A DNA stretch of 64,000 nt from SAR324 cluster bacterium REDSEA-S27_B3 (GCA_001627865.1 LUQO01000003.1:38092-102091), one strand, 5' to 3'; counted from the first letter of the stretch, positions 50,353 to 60,773 are shown. The notes: generated from the letters alone by a model not told the origin. A program made the numbers and translations.

Positions 50353-51960
50353 ATGAGGTTCAATCATCTAATCGTAATTATCAGCATGACTCTGTTTATT
50401 GCTGCATGTGCCAAAAAAGATGACAGCAGCAGTAGCAGCAGTAGCAGCAGTAGCAGCAGTTCCACTGATTCAAGTATGGTAGCAGCAATGCCCAGCAATC
50501 TGGCAGTCTCCTCAAATACTGAATCCGGTTCAAGCGTAAGCAGTAGGACTGCTGGACGTACATCTTCAAGTGAGATTAGTGACGACAGTGACCCCAAAAA
50601 GCATAAGGACAAGGTTGCCCGCCTAGAGGCAGTCTTAAATTCTGATGACATCAATCAGTGTCATAAGGCCATTCCCAAAAAAATGAAGGGATCAGGCGGT
50701 AAATATGTGTCCTGTTATGGGCCGGAACTGGCTTTTGTAAATCATCCGAATTATTCCGCAGGGCAAGGACAAGACAATTCGACGTTACCAACGGGTGATC
50801 TTGGAATCTGGACAGCTTACAATGATAACACAACTCAGGAAGCCTGCTCCGTTGGACAGATGAACCTGTTGATGGATAAAGCTGGACGAAAAGTTGATTT
50901 AGCAATGGGCATCACCGCTATGATGGTTTGCGCCGCAAAGAATGACAACCTGACTAAACCGTCTGTTGATGGTGATGCGCTGGATGTGACGGCTTCTGTT
51001 GCCAAAACACAGGTGAAAGAAAAACGAGGTGGAATGGAGGTCACTTCTGCAACTCTTAAACGAAGTACCGTTGCAAGCACTGGTAAGATTAAATACACGT
51101 CAAAGCTTACAGGGAGTTTTACCTATACAGAGGGTAGTACGACTAGCAGCCAAAGCTTTAAAATCAAGTTTCAGCACGTTCCGGAAACAGATTCCAAAGA
51201 CAGTGTAAAGGCCGGAGAAGGTCTTGTGCAGATGTGGCAGGAAGGAATCAGTGAAACTGATGGAAATTGTGGCGGAACAACCCTCGATGTTGTAACTTCT
51301 GTGGCCTACAAAAACACCTCAGACAATCTTAGCTTTCGTGCAGTCAAAGCCAAGTTTCCAGATAACATGTCAAGTGATGATTTTTTCAATTCTAGCGATG
51401 GCGAAGTTGTTGGAATTTCCGCACAGGAATCATCTACAGGTTCAGGATGGTGTGCTGACCTGAATATTATTCGCGCGAATGTGGATAAGGATGGATTCGG
51501 TAAAGTCGGCTATGCCTGGCAGGCAGGTAAAATGGACGGATATACACGGACATTCAACATTAAGACTGTCTATAACAGTGCAGATAATCAAACTGGCAAT
51601 GCCTATTTTGGCTTTAATCCGCATCCGGACAACAGCAGCGGAACAAATAAATATCGTACCACCAACATTGACCGCATGATCTGCAACTGGGCTGGACCGG
51701 GCCAAGCCCAGGGTCGAACAGGTGTGGCAAAAGTACAACGCCAGCAGCTGAGCTATGACAGCACTAATAATGTCTGGAAATCTTCTTCAGACAATATTAC
51801 ATTTGCTCCAACAAATGATTGTAACTTTGATAACTCATCTAATTCCTCTACCACTTTTGGAGGTTCAGGTGCAAGCATTACCAACAATCTAATAAGTATT
51901 TCAGATTTCCAGACAAATTTTGGTTCACAGCCAACCAAACCTTCCCCAACTCTGGAATAA
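50353..51960 (+). CDS. large Ser/Thr-rich, Cys-containing lipoprotein of unknown function
   Basis: Strong RBS TAAGGAGG, lipobox IAA-C, poly-Ser linker, WQAG and MICNWAGPG segments. Confidence 0.8.
   Translation: MRFNHLIVIISMTLFIAACAKKDDSSSSSSSSSSSSSTDSSMVAAMPSNLAVSSNTESGSSVSSRTAGRTSSSEISDDSDPKKHKDKVARLEAVLNSDDINQCHKAIPKKMKGSGGKYVSCYGPELAFVNHPNYSAGQGQDNSTLPTGDLGIWTAYNDNTTQEACSVGQMNLLMDKAGRKVDLAMGITAMMVCAAKNDNLTKPSVDGDALDVTASVAKTQVKEKRGGMEVTSATLKRSTVASTGKIKYTSKLTGSFTYTEGSTTSSQSFKIKFQHVPETDSKDSVKAGEGLVQMWQEGISETDGNCGGTTLDVVTSVAYKNTSDNLSFRAVKAKFPDNMSSDDFFNSSDGEVVGISAQESSTGSGWCADLNIIRANVDKDGFGKVGYAWQAGKMDGYTRTFNIKTVYNSADNQTGNAYFGFNPHPDNSSGTNKYRTTNIDRMICNWAGPGQAQGRTGVAKVQRQQLSYDSTNNVWKSSSDNITFAPTNDCNFDNSSNSSTTFGGSGASITNNLISISDFQTNFGSQPTKPSPTLE
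50425..50460 (+). repeat. in-frame 9-bp tandem repeat (AGCAGCAGT)x4 encoding poly-Ser
   Basis: Four exact copies. Confidence 0.9.
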
Positions 51961-51973
51961 TCTCACCTTAAAT

Positions 51974-52012
51974 AAGCTTCGCCCTGCTCATCCCGAGCAG
52001 GGCAAAAGCTTT
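51974..52012 (+). terminator. GC-rich hairpin, probable intrinsic terminator
   Basis: GCCCTGCTC-ATCCC-GAGCAGGGC flanked by AAGCTT and AAGCTTT, just after the lipoprotein stop; U-tract short. Confidence 0.7.
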
Positions 52013-52090
52013 ACACTGATTTTAGCCCACTAAATAAAGTTCTGGTGAGTCACGCAATCTCATAATTTATTGAAATTAATGACTACGCCT

Positions 52091-52167
52091 CGTCATTTCG
52101 ACCGAAGGGAGAGATCTGACAAAGTACTGATATAGAATAAGACCCCTCACTTACGTTCTGGAAAACT
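52091..52167. repeat. degenerate CGTC-type REP-like palindromic element
   Basis: CGTCATTTCGACCGAAGGGAGAGATCT ... AGACCCCTCACTTACGTTCTGGAAAAC resembles a GTCAT...AGATCT / AGA...CTC...GAATGAC stem-loop pair. Confidence 0.5.
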
Positions 52168-52278
52168 CGACCATGTTTGAGACTGTTGTGTATAGTTTTT
52201 AACAAGCAAAGACTTGCCGTTATTTTTGGATAGTGGATAATGGCGTCGTTTAAGTTTAACTTGAGTCCAATTCAACCA

Positions 52279-53070
52279 ATGAGTTACCAAACCATTAAAC
52301 TTACAATTGACAAGCAAAGGATTGCCACCCTCACCCTTAACCGCCCTGAAGTACACAATGTTTTAAGCCTTGAAATGATCCGTGAACTGCGTCATGTCAC
52401 TGCTGAAATAAATTCAAATCCGGAGCCTCGTGCAGTGATTCTCACAGGTTCCGGAAAGTCTTTTTGCGCGGGTGCTGATTTACGCTGGATGCAGAAGATA
52501 TCTACTCAAAAACGTGCGGATAGAATTGCTGAAGCAACTGAATTATCAGAAATGCTGAATGAGTTAGATCAACTCAACAAGCCCCTTATCGGTAAGATAA
52601 ATGGACATTCATTTGGAGGTGCAATCGGTCTGATTGCCTGCTGTGATTTTTCAATTGCAGTGGAAGAAGCTGAATTTTCGTTGACAGAAGTTATGCTGGG
52701 CCTGCTGCCCGTCACAATTTCCCCCTTTGTAATACGCCGTATCGGAGCTGCAAACGCACGGCGCGTGATGCTAAACGCACACAGGTTTTCTGCACAAGAA
52801 GCCATTCAGCTTGGTTTGGTGGCAAAAGCTGTTGCCAGGCAATCACTTGAGGAGGAAATCAAGAAGGAAACAACAGAACTACTGCGCTGTGCTCCTGAAG
52901 CTGTTTCTGCCACAAAGCATCTTATCTCGGAAGTGCGTGGGAAGGAGCCTCAGGCTGTTCGAGGCTTCACAATTGAAAAGCTGGCCGATGCATGGGAAAC
53001 TGAATCAGTCAAAGAAGGCATAGACGCGTTTTTCAGCAAACGCAAACCTGCATGGAACAAGGATAAATAA
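52279..53070 (+). CDS. enoyl-CoA hydratase, methylglutaconyl-CoA hydratase (LiuC)-like
   Basis: LNRPEVHN, SFCAGADL, GGAIGL, TEVMLGLLP-TISPFV; start set at ATG 52279. Confidence 0.85.
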   Translation: MSYQTIKLTIDKQRIATLTLNRPEVHNVLSLEMIRELRHVTAEINSNPEPRAVILTGSGKSFCAGADLRWMQKISTQKRADRIAEATELSEMLNELDQLNKPLIGKINGHSFGGAIGLIACCDFSIAVEEAEFSLTEVMLGLLPVTISPFVIRRIGAANARRVMLNAHRFSAQEAIQLGLVAKAVARQSLEEEIKKETTELLRCAPEAVSATKHLISEVRGKEPQAVRGFTIEKLADAWETESVKEGIDAFFSKRKPAWNKDK

Positions 53071-53077
53071 TCAACAG

Positions 53078-53761
53078 ATGACAAGAAAAATGATTGATAA
53101 CTTGATCAAAATGAGCCGCAGATTAGTGTTTTCGTTTTTATGCATAATGCTGGCAATCACCATTGAAGTCTGTGCTCAGAAAAAATCAGAATCCTCTGAA
53201 ACACATTCTGAAGATCATGATGTATTTCAATCTGAAGATCATGATTCATCCACACCAACTGTATTTGGTGGTGTAGGTAGAAAATTCCCAACCTGGCAAG
53301 CTGGATTGGATCTGATAGTCCTTGGGAATCCTCATTACAGTGCCTTCAGGAATCAACTCAAAATGGGTAATCGTGTGCTTTGGGGAGAGTGGTGGGGAAA
53401 TGACTTATGGGGAATAAAGCTTCTGCATTCGGAACAATCTTTCAACATGTTCAGTTCCAGCGGCAACAGTCAGGAATCAAATACCAGACATCTAGGAATT
53501 CTGGCGAAAGTGCAGCACCCTTTGTCGGTTGACATGAAAATCAGCGGGGGGATCGGTATGGCCAACACTGAATTTACACTGGGGAGTCAAAGTAAATATG
53601 GGAACTCTCTGGTTTCAGAATTCAGGATTGGAATGGAACTTTTTCCCGACTTCTGGACTGAAGCAGGTTTTTTAACCATTGATGGCGCCAGCGGAAGCGG
53701 ATCTGAAGATCAACGTCTTGGTTCTTCAAGTTATCTGATTGGATTAAGCTACGGATTCTGA
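53078..53761 (+). CDS. probable small outer membrane beta-barrel protein
   Basis: Signal peptide, SEDHD x2 segment, alternating beta strands, C-terminal GLSYGF. Confidence 0.65.
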   Translation: MTRKMIDNLIKMSRRLVFSFLCIMLAITIEVCAQKKSESSETHSEDHDVFQSEDHDSSTPTVFGGVGRKFPTWQAGLDLIVLGNPHYSAFRNQLKMGNRVLWGEWWGNDLWGIKLLHSEQSFNMFSSSGNSQESNTRHLGILAKVQHPLSVDMKISGGIGMANTEFTLGSQSKYGNSLVSEFRIGMELFPDFWTEAGFLTIDGASGSGSEDQRLGSSSYLIGLSYGF

Positions 53762-53805
53762 ACTGTATAAGATCAAACACATAAAATAATCAGGAAAGAA
53801 ATAAC

Positions 53806-55365
53806 ATGCAGTTACCAAATATTGAGCAAATGTCATCTGCAGAAAAAAATTGGTTTGCCAGTTCAATTGCCGGAATGGTTGCTGCGGATGGACGTGCTGA
53901 TCATTCAGAACTAGATTTCCTGAAGGAAGCAATCAATTTTCTGGAAAACAAAGATGAAATAAATAAGATTATGTCTGTCGTTAAAACTGGCAGACCGCCG
54001 GAAATGGGTCCACTGGACATCGATCCAAAGCAGGCATTCCTGATGCTCAAGTATCTGGCGCAGTTAATGGTGGCAGATTCTGATTTGTCTTCAAAAGAAA
54101 TTGGGTTTTTTCTTTCAACAGGAAAGTTCCTGGGATTCAGTAATCAGATACTTGCAAAATTCTGGAAAAGCGCCCGCTCGCTTCTGGAAAGAGACTTGCC
54201 CCAGGGAATCATAGAAACAGGGAAATTAAAAGCGAAAGTAATTTTGACAAAAGTTGACGAAAGCGGATTCACGTTCCGATTTGGCAGACCGCTGATGCCA
54301 AAAGTAAAAATTATGCTGAAGGTCTGCAAAACTCATCAATCTCAAAATCCGACAGATGGTGATACAGAATACTGGCAAACAATTTCCTGTAAAATGCTTA
54401 ATCAGCACCAGCTTAAATTCGATGAGGGCTGCTATATGGTTCGTGCCACTTTTGAGCAGAAAATAGCTGATGTGCATGGTATTTTACAAATAATCCATCC
54501 TGAAAACTTTGCTGTAGTTTCAAAAGGTGGATATATTGAAACAAAGAAAAATTCTCTGCACGGTAGCAATTTACACTGCTACATCTGTGACGATCCGGAA
54601 GTGCCTTTCTATGTTTTGCAATCAAAAAGCATGATTACAAAACCAAATATATTCGGAATTCCTTCATATGTAAGCTCTGCAGGTGAACTGGATTACTGTA
54701 ATTATAGTCTGATTGATGTCGCTTCATGCTCTAAATGCGGATTCTCAAGTAATCATAAGGATGATTTTAAACGTTTAGAAACAGATAATCCTCACTTTGA
54801 TATCGAAAAATTTTCAGAAGAATGGTCAGAGAAGATAGCCCCCTTGCTGAAAAAAGCACAGGATTATGGTGAGAAATTTTATGGAGAAGAACGAGATCCA
54901 GAGCAGGGAATCCTTTCTTACGATTTGGCTACCGCAACCTTTGACCATATGGCAAACATCGTAACTGATGTTCAAAAGAAGGGCGAAGCTCTTCGTAAAA
55001 AAGCTTCAATGCTTATGGTTCAGTCAGAACTGCTCATGGAAAACAATGACAGGGAAGCAGCAGAAGCTAATTTAAATAAAGTTGTTGAAGATTTGGAGCC
55101 AATATTTGAAAGCCTTGAAGGTACTGTGTTGCTTCATGTTTGTGTGTTGCTTTTTCAGATAAAAATCTACTTGAATGATCTACAGTCTGCCGCACAGTAC
55201 ATGAAATTTATGGACAATTATGATTCTGAAGGAAAACTCAAGGAAGGTTCTGAGGAATTTAAGGAACTGAAAATATGTTCCGCAAAACTCAAAGCAGCAT
55301 TTGATGACAGGGAATTTCTAACAAAAGATAAATTGAAGCATTTTCATGTAGATGATGATGAGTGA
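53806..55365 (+). CDS. TerB-like + PilZ-like + DUF2225-like (Zn finger/TPR) multidomain protein
   Basis: AADG and VADSD TerB-type motifs; KVDESGF beta domain; CYIC...CSKCGF; helical C-terminus. Confidence 0.65.
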   Translation: MQLPNIEQMSSAEKNWFASSIAGMVAADGRADHSELDFLKEAINFLENKDEINKIMSVVKTGRPPEMGPLDIDPKQAFLMLKYLAQLMVADSDLSSKEIGFFLSTGKFLGFSNQILAKFWKSARSLLERDLPQGIIETGKLKAKVILTKVDESGFTFRFGRPLMPKVKIMLKVCKTHQSQNPTDGDTEYWQTISCKMLNQHQLKFDEGCYMVRATFEQKIADVHGILQIIHPENFAVVSKGGYIETKKNSLHGSNLHCYICDDPEVPFYVLQSKSMITKPNIFGIPSYVSSAGELDYCNYSLIDVASCSKCGFSSNHKDDFKRLETDNPHFDIEKFSEEWSEKIAPLLKKAQDYGEKFYGEERDPEQGILSYDLATATFDHMANIVTDVQKKGEALRKKASMLMVQSELLMENNDREAAEANLNKVVEDLEPIFESLEGTVLLHVCVLLFQIKIYLNDLQSAAQYMKFMDNYDSEGKLKEGSEEFKELKICSAKLKAAFDDREFLTKDKLKHFHVDDDE

Positions 55366-56926
55366 TTTAAATTTACAGGATCAAGCTGAGGGAGGGAATG
55401 CCCAGTCTGGCCCAGGCAGTGGGAATAAGAAGCTGATATTGATGCTTCTAAGTCAGGATTTACGCAAAACGTACATGAAACCCCTGGTGGACCGTTTATA
55501 TGAATTGGATGTTATAGCGGCAATTGATGAAATAAATTATCCGGAAGAAAAGCAGAAAAAATTTCACTGGATTTTGACATTTCCCGGAGATATTCCAAAA
55601 GGTAAAACTCCGGATATTAATTCTGCGAAATTAATTTTTCGTGTGCATGGCATACCTGATTTGCAGCCTGAAAAAATTCATGCAGCTGACTCTGAGAAAC
55701 TGAAAAAACTTGTTGAGCGTTTTAAAGAAGTACAGCAAGCATGTCAGGACCGTGAGAAAAATCCTGCTTTTGTAAAGTTGGCGATAACAGATGCAATTTT
55801 AAGGGCAAAAAAGCAGATGATGTTCAGGTATGAAAAACTGATGGGTAGCCTTGATAAAAAAATTGCTGACGTTGAAATACCATACTACCAGGGCATAGGA
55901 TATATTCTTACCGAGGCAATAGAGAAAATCACAGGAGTCGCAGTATTAGACAAACTTATGAAAGGCCTTATCTACGTGATGATAATTGACGATATGGAAA
56001 AGCGAACCATTGATGGTCTTGTGAAGATTGATTTCAGCCGGAAGTTCCTCTCTTATATGTCCACAAGTGAGCTTTCAAAAAAATTAAAAGCGTTTCGGGA
56101 AGAGCATGCAGAAGAAGGATTTAAAGACGCCAGTGTCGGAGACTTCATTTTTAATTCACCGGACTTTGAAAATGTGGATATTGTATTTTTTAATTCATGG
56201 AAATTCACCGAAGACTCATTTCCTGTAAGAGTTGCATTACGGAAAAAAACGCTCATAAGCAAAAAGGAGGAACGCCAGGTTCAGAAGCAGGATTTTAATA
56301 AATCAAAAATTGTGAATGAAGAAAAATCTTTGGAGGGAGTCAAAAATAAATTTAATGAAATAATGCGGGAGATAAACAAAATGGAAAAGTCTCATATGGA
56401 CGATGAAGATGCATACCAGAATCTGAATAACTCCAGAAGGAGATTGTTGAAAGATATCAATAGACGTGAATTAAGGCTGAAAGAGCTGAAACGCCCGGTA
56501 AAAGCAGGTGGTGAGGAAAAGATCATCACCTTTGACTTATTTGAGATTTTTAAAAGCAAACAGTCCTTTTTTCATCGGATGGGTGACAAAGCAGGATCGA
56601 TGGGGCTGGGGAATTTATTGGGTAAGCATATTGAGACTGATAAACGTTTCAGCTTTAACAAACTCTATGAAATGGCGAAATTTTCAAAAGAATGGATAAA
56701 AGCTTCTAACCAATTAAAGAAAATTTCGTCAGAGTCCTCTCGTTTAGCTGAACGACTTGACCAGTTTGTTGAAAAAAACAAGATGTCTGCAAAAGGTTCA
56801 GGCTCCAAAGCCAAAGCCAAGGTAAATTATCAGCATCTTCTGGATGAGCATATTATGGACAGACTGGAGCTTGCGGTGTTGAGTTGTGAAATTACAAATA
56901 TTTGTGAAGATCAGCAAAAGCAGTGA
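55352..56926 (+). CDS. hypothetical Lys/Glu-rich protein with coiled coil
   Basis: 524-aa ORF overlapping the preceding stop; no family recognised. Confidence 0.7.
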   Translation: MMMSDLNLQDQAEGGNAQSGPGSGNKKLILMLLSQDLRKTYMKPLVDRLYELDVIAAIDEINYPEEKQKKFHWILTFPGDIPKGKTPDINSAKLIFRVHGIPDLQPEKIHAADSEKLKKLVERFKEVQQACQDREKNPAFVKLAITDAILRAKKQMMFRYEKLMGSLDKKIADVEIPYYQGIGYILTEAIEKITGVAVLDKLMKGLIYVMIIDDMEKRTIDGLVKIDFSRKFLSYMSTSELSKKLKAFREEHAEEGFKDASVGDFIFNSPDFENVDIVFFNSWKFTEDSFPVRVALRKKTLISKKEERQVQKQDFNKSKIVNEEKSLEGVKNKFNEIMREINKMEKSHMDDEDAYQNLNNSRRRLLKDINRRELRLKELKRPVKAGGEEKIITFDLFEIFKSKQSFFHRMGDKAGSMGLGNLLGKHIETDKRFSFNKLYEMAKFSKEWIKASNQLKKISSESSRLAERLDQFVEKNKMSAKGSGSKAKAKVNYQHLLDEHIMDRLELAVLSCEITNICEDQQKQ

Positions 56927-56964
56927 AAACTAAATCAGCTTCTTTTACCAGGTTTTTCACAAAA

Positions 56965-58464
56965 TCACATTCCTCCAACCGTCATTTCTGAAACAAGCAC
57001 AGTAGGCAGTCCAACTCCTACCGGAACATTCTGCCCCTCTTTCCCACAAGTCCAGATGCCTTCACTCATGGCAAAATCGTTGCCGACCATGCTGACTTTA
57101 GACATTGCTTCAGGCCCATTTCCAATCAGGGTGAAATTTTTTATCGGCACAGTCTTTGTACCATCCTCAACCAACCATGCAACAGTTGGCACAAAAACAA
57201 AATCTCCATTTGAAATATCAACTTGACCACCGCTGAACTCCTGGCAATAAACCCCCTTTTTTACTGAGCCTATTATTTCTTCCGGATCAGAATTGCCTTC
57301 GGCCAGATAGGTTGATGTCATACGCGGCAACGGATAATGAGCATAAGATTCCCGGCGTCCGTTTCCGGTAGGATTGGTACGGAAATGTCTGGCGCTGATC
57401 CGGTCATGCATGTAGTTACGCAAGACCCCATTTTCTATTAACAGATTTTCAGATGAAGGCACTCCCTCATCATCAAAATTTATTGCACCACGCTCATGTG
57501 GAATTGTTCCGGCATCATAAATTGTACATAACTCTGAAGCAACTTTTTCGCCAATACGTCCGCTGTAAGCGGATGTTCCTTTGCGGTTAAAGTCGGCTTC
57601 CAGGGGATGTCCAACTGCTTCATGCAGCAAGATTCCCGATTGCGCCGGCCCCAAAATAACAGGCATCAATCCGGATGGTGCCTGCTTTGCCCCTAAAAGC
57701 AGAATTGCCTCTGAGGCCGCCTGTTCTCCCAAAATCACCGCGTAGTCAGCTTGATTCAAATAATTAAGACCAACACGTCCACCTATGCCCGAAGTGCCGT
57801 TTTGAATATTTTCACCTTCCTGTGAAACACAATGTACATTCATGCGAAACATCGGTCGGGTATCACGTAAAATCTGTCCTTCTGAAGTCACAACCTGTGT
57901 CAGATTGAGCGCGTCCATCATGGCAACAGTTACACGATTAATCCTCTCATCATAAGCTCTTGCGACACCTTCTGTATGCTGGACCATTTCAATTTTTTGT
58001 ACCAGTTCCAAGTCTGTGACCGTTTCCAGCACAGGGTAATAATCTTTTGGAACAAGTTCATTAAAGCGAAAGCCCTCTTCAAGATGGACATCTCCACTTG
58101 AAGCAATTGAGGCCGCGGTTCGTGCGGCATGCAGCATGGGCTTCAAGTCAAAATCTTCACTGTAGGCGTATCCTGTCTGATCATCCTGTACCACTCTGAT
58201 TCCGACTCCGGACACAACTGCGACTGCAGAATTTTTGATTATGCCGTCCTCCATCACCACAGAATTGCGTGTGCTGTACTCAAAGTGAAGATCGGCAAAA
58301 TCACCACCTCGTCGCAATGCCTCACTTAACAACTTGTGAATCACTGTCTGGTCAATGCCCATTTGCCCCTCAAACAACTGCTTTACTGCTTCATCTCCGG
58401 ATAAATCCTGTGTAAGGCTGCGGGCAATGTTGTTTGTTTCAAGTGATAATTTGGCAGTACTCAT
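56965..58464 (-). CDS. tldD: TldD metalloprotease
   Basis: GVGIRVV, LLHEAVGHPLEADFNRKG, DDEG, GNGRRESY, PRM, CGKEGQ. Confidence 0.93.
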   Translation of the reverse strand: MSTAKLSLETNNIARSLTQDLSGDEAVKQLFEGQMGIDQTVIHKLLSEALRRGGDFADLHFEYSTRNSVVMEDGIIKNSAVAVVSGVGIRVVQDDQTGYAYSEDFDLKPMLHAARTAASIASSGDVHLEEGFRFNELVPKDYYPVLETVTDLELVQKIEMVQHTEGVARAYDERINRVTVAMMDALNLTQVVTSEGQILRDTRPMFRMNVHCVSQEGENIQNGTSGIGGRVGLNYLNQADYAVILGEQAASEAILLLGAKQAPSGLMPVILGPAQSGILLHEAVGHPLEADFNRKGTSAYSGRIGEKVASELCTIYDAGTIPHERGAINFDDEGVPSSENLLIENGVLRNYMHDRISARHFRTNPTGNGRRESYAHYPLPRMTSTYLAEGNSDPEEIIGSVKKGVYCQEFSGGQVDISNGDFVFVPTVAWLVEDGTKTVPIKNFTLIGNGPEAMSKVSMVGNDFAMSEGIWTCGKEGQNVPVGVGLPTVLVSEMTVGGM

Positions 58465-58495
58465 TGATTTATGGTTACTCTCTGTTTTGTCGTGA

Positions 58496-59623
58496 TTAAT
58501 TTATCAAATGTTCAATACACTTCGCGGCTTTGCTGTAAGCCCCAGTTTCACCAAGTTTGGGGCCGATTTTTTTTAACTCACTGATCATTGTTCCACGATA
58601 ATCCTGATCCTGCAAGAGACGAACAGCTACGTCAGTGATTCTGCTGACCGTGAATTGGTTTTGCAGTAGTTCCGGAACAATTTCTTTGTCCGCTAATACA
58701 TTTACAAGGCCGATATATTTTGTATCTGCAAGCAACCGCGCGATTAGATAAGTCAGTGGTGCGACATGGTAAACAATTACGAAAGGTTTAAGCGCAAGTC
58801 CGGTTTGCAGTGAGGCAGTTCCGGAGGCGATAACTGCGGCGTCACATGCTCTGATTGACTCAATAAACTGTTCCGGAACCATAGTAACTGGAACAGCTGA
58901 TGATTCTGTTTTATTCCGGACTTCATCATAATTAAGAGTTTCTGTCACAGGCAGAATGCACTGGAATTTCCCGATCTTTTTTTCAATCTCCGGAAGAGCT
59001 CTCAACAACGTAGGCAGATGTCTTCTCATTTCGCTTGGACGACTTCCAGGCGCAATTGCCAAAATTGGAAGATCATCACGCAGTCCGTAACTTTCGCGGA
59101 ATGTGCTGGAATCGTTTTCCTGCTGTACTTCATCAAGCAATGGATGTCCGACCCAGTTGACATCAACACCGGCTTGCTGATAAATTTTTTCTTCAAAAGG
59201 AAACAGCACAATCATTTTATCCACAACATTTTTGATTGTGCTCAGTCTGCCTTTTCTCCATGCCCAAATTTGAGGACTGTTGAAAAAGACTACAGGAATC
59301 CCTTTTGCCCTGGCATAAGCAGCAAGTTTCAGATTGAAGCCCGGATAATCAATTAAAATCAAAGCATCGGGCCGCTCTTCCTCAAGTGCATCTCGCATTC
59401 TCCAGAGGATTTTGTAAAGCCGGGGCAGATGGCCCGCCAGTTCCACAAATCCGTGTGCCTGCATAGTGTCCAGCATGAAGTACGGACGGAATCCTTCCGC
59501 TAACATTTTCTTGCCGCCAATTCCAAACAAATCAGCATCTTCATGATTTTCCCTCAAACTCCTGATCAAGCCCGCACCATGAATATCCCCGGAGACTTCG
59601 CCGGCCACCATCATCAATTTCAT
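58496..59623 (-). CDS. lpxB: lipid-A-disaccharide synthase
   Basis: AGEVSGD, IDYPGFN, PQIWAWR, FPFE, VGHPL, PGSR, SGTASL. Confidence 0.96.
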   Translation of the reverse strand: MKLMMVAGEVSGDIHGAGLIRSLRENHEDADLFGIGGKKMLAEGFRPYFMLDTMQAHGFVELAGHLPRLYKILWRMRDALEEERPDALILIDYPGFNLKLAAYARAKGIPVVFFNSPQIWAWRKGRLSTIKNVVDKMIVLFPFEEKIYQQAGVDVNWVGHPLLDEVQQENDSSTFRESYGLRDDLPILAIAPGSRPSEMRRHLPTLLRALPEIEKKIGKFQCILPVTETLNYDEVRNKTESSAVPVTMVPEQFIESIRACDAAVIASGTASLQTGLALKPFVIVYHVAPLTYLIARLLADTKYIGLVNVLADKEIVPELLQNQFTVSRITDVAVRLLQDQDYRGTMISELKKIGPKLGETGAYSKAAKCIEHLIN

Positions 59624-59665
59624 CAGGATTTACTATGTTGGAGATTGACTGAGAGGTAATCTGTG

Positions 59666-60088
59666 CTAGAAGTCTTGCTTTATCACAAGTCCAACCTGTT
59701 GAAAACCGGCATTTTTAAACAATAGCATCAATTTCATCAAAGTCCCATAAGTCACCTGTTCATCCATCTGCAGGTAAACCGGCAGGTTTTTTTCCCAGAC
59801 ACTCGTGTTTTGTGTTAAAGATTCAGCCAGGCTGTTCAGTGAAAAAATTTCCTGATCAATCGAAATTTGATGATTTTTGTTGACTACGGCCAGAATAGAA
59901 TTTTCGTAATCCGGGGCATGTTCTTTTAATTTACCCTTGGGAAGTTGAATCGGCAAAGCAAGAGTCAGCAACGGAGCTGAAATCAGGAAGGAAACCAGCA
60001 GCACCAGCAGCACGTCAACAAATGGGGTAATGTTTATTTCAGACATCAATTCCCCGCGAAGTCGCCGCGCGTGTCTAAACTTTCTCAT
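59666..60088 (-). CDS. tolR: TolR/ExbD biopolymer transport protein
   Basis: SEINITPFVDVLLVLL with the essential TM Asp; D-x3-YG. Confidence 0.85.
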   Translation of the reverse strand: MRKFRHARRLRGELMSEINITPFVDVLLVLLVSFLISAPLLTLALPIQLPKGKLKEHAPDYENSILAVVNKNHQISIDQEIFSLNSLAESLTQNTSVWEKNLPVYLQMDEQVTYGTLMKLMLLFKNAGFQQVGLVIKQDF

Positions 60089-60765
60089 TTTTTAGGCATC
60101 AAAAGCTGTTGGAGGTGATGAAGCAGCTGAAGCGCGAAATAATCCATTGTCTCAGTCATTCCACGGATGGTCGCGCGAAACAGATTATAACCCAATGTCG
60201 CGGGGATCGCGGCAAACAAACCCGCGGCGGTTGCCACAAGCGCCTCGGCTATGCCCGGACTGATTACCGAAAGTTCAACTGAATTTAGCTCGGCAATGCT
60301 CATGAATGTATTGATCACACCTATAACTGTGCCAAACAAACCGATAAATGGAGAGGTAACACCGATTGTAGCCAGAAGCGCCTGTCCGGCATTCAAGTCT
60401 TTTTCTGCCAGCAAAATTCGGGCTTCCAGCATGCGTTCCAGCCTGTCCATCAGTTCCCTGCGGTGGCCGTAGTCTGATTCCGGATTTGCCTCAAGGAATT
60501 TTTTTAGTTCACGATCACTCAGGGTGAACATTTCCTGGAGCGGATTTTTGGGCATCTTGCTGAAACGCAAGCGCAGCTCATCCACTCTTCTGGTGCTTTC
60601 AAGTAATTTAAGCGCGCGTGCCTGCAGGTATTTAACCCTGACGAGGCTGAAGAACTTCATGAAGAGGGTGATCCAGACAATCACGGAACAGACCAAAAGT
60701 ACCGCGAGAACACCGAAAGCAATACTGCTGAAATCTGTGGTAAATGGGAGAGAAAAAAAGTCCAT
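60085..60765 (-). CDS. tolQ: TolQ/ExbB/MotA proton channel
   Basis: SPFIGLFGTVIG, PGIAEALVATAAGLFAAIPA. Confidence 0.88.
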   Translation of the reverse strand: MDFFSLPFTTDFSSIAFGVLAVLLVCSVIVWITLFMKFFSLVRVKYLQARALKLLESTRRVDELRLRFSKMPKNPLQEMFTLSDRELKKFLEANPESDYGHRRELMDRLERMLEARILLAEKDLNAGQALLATIGVTSPFIGLFGTVIGVINTFMSIAELNSVELSVISPGIAEALVATAAGLFAAIPATLGYNLFRATIRGMTETMDYFALQLLHHLQQLLMPKK

Positions 60766-60773
60766 TTACATAT

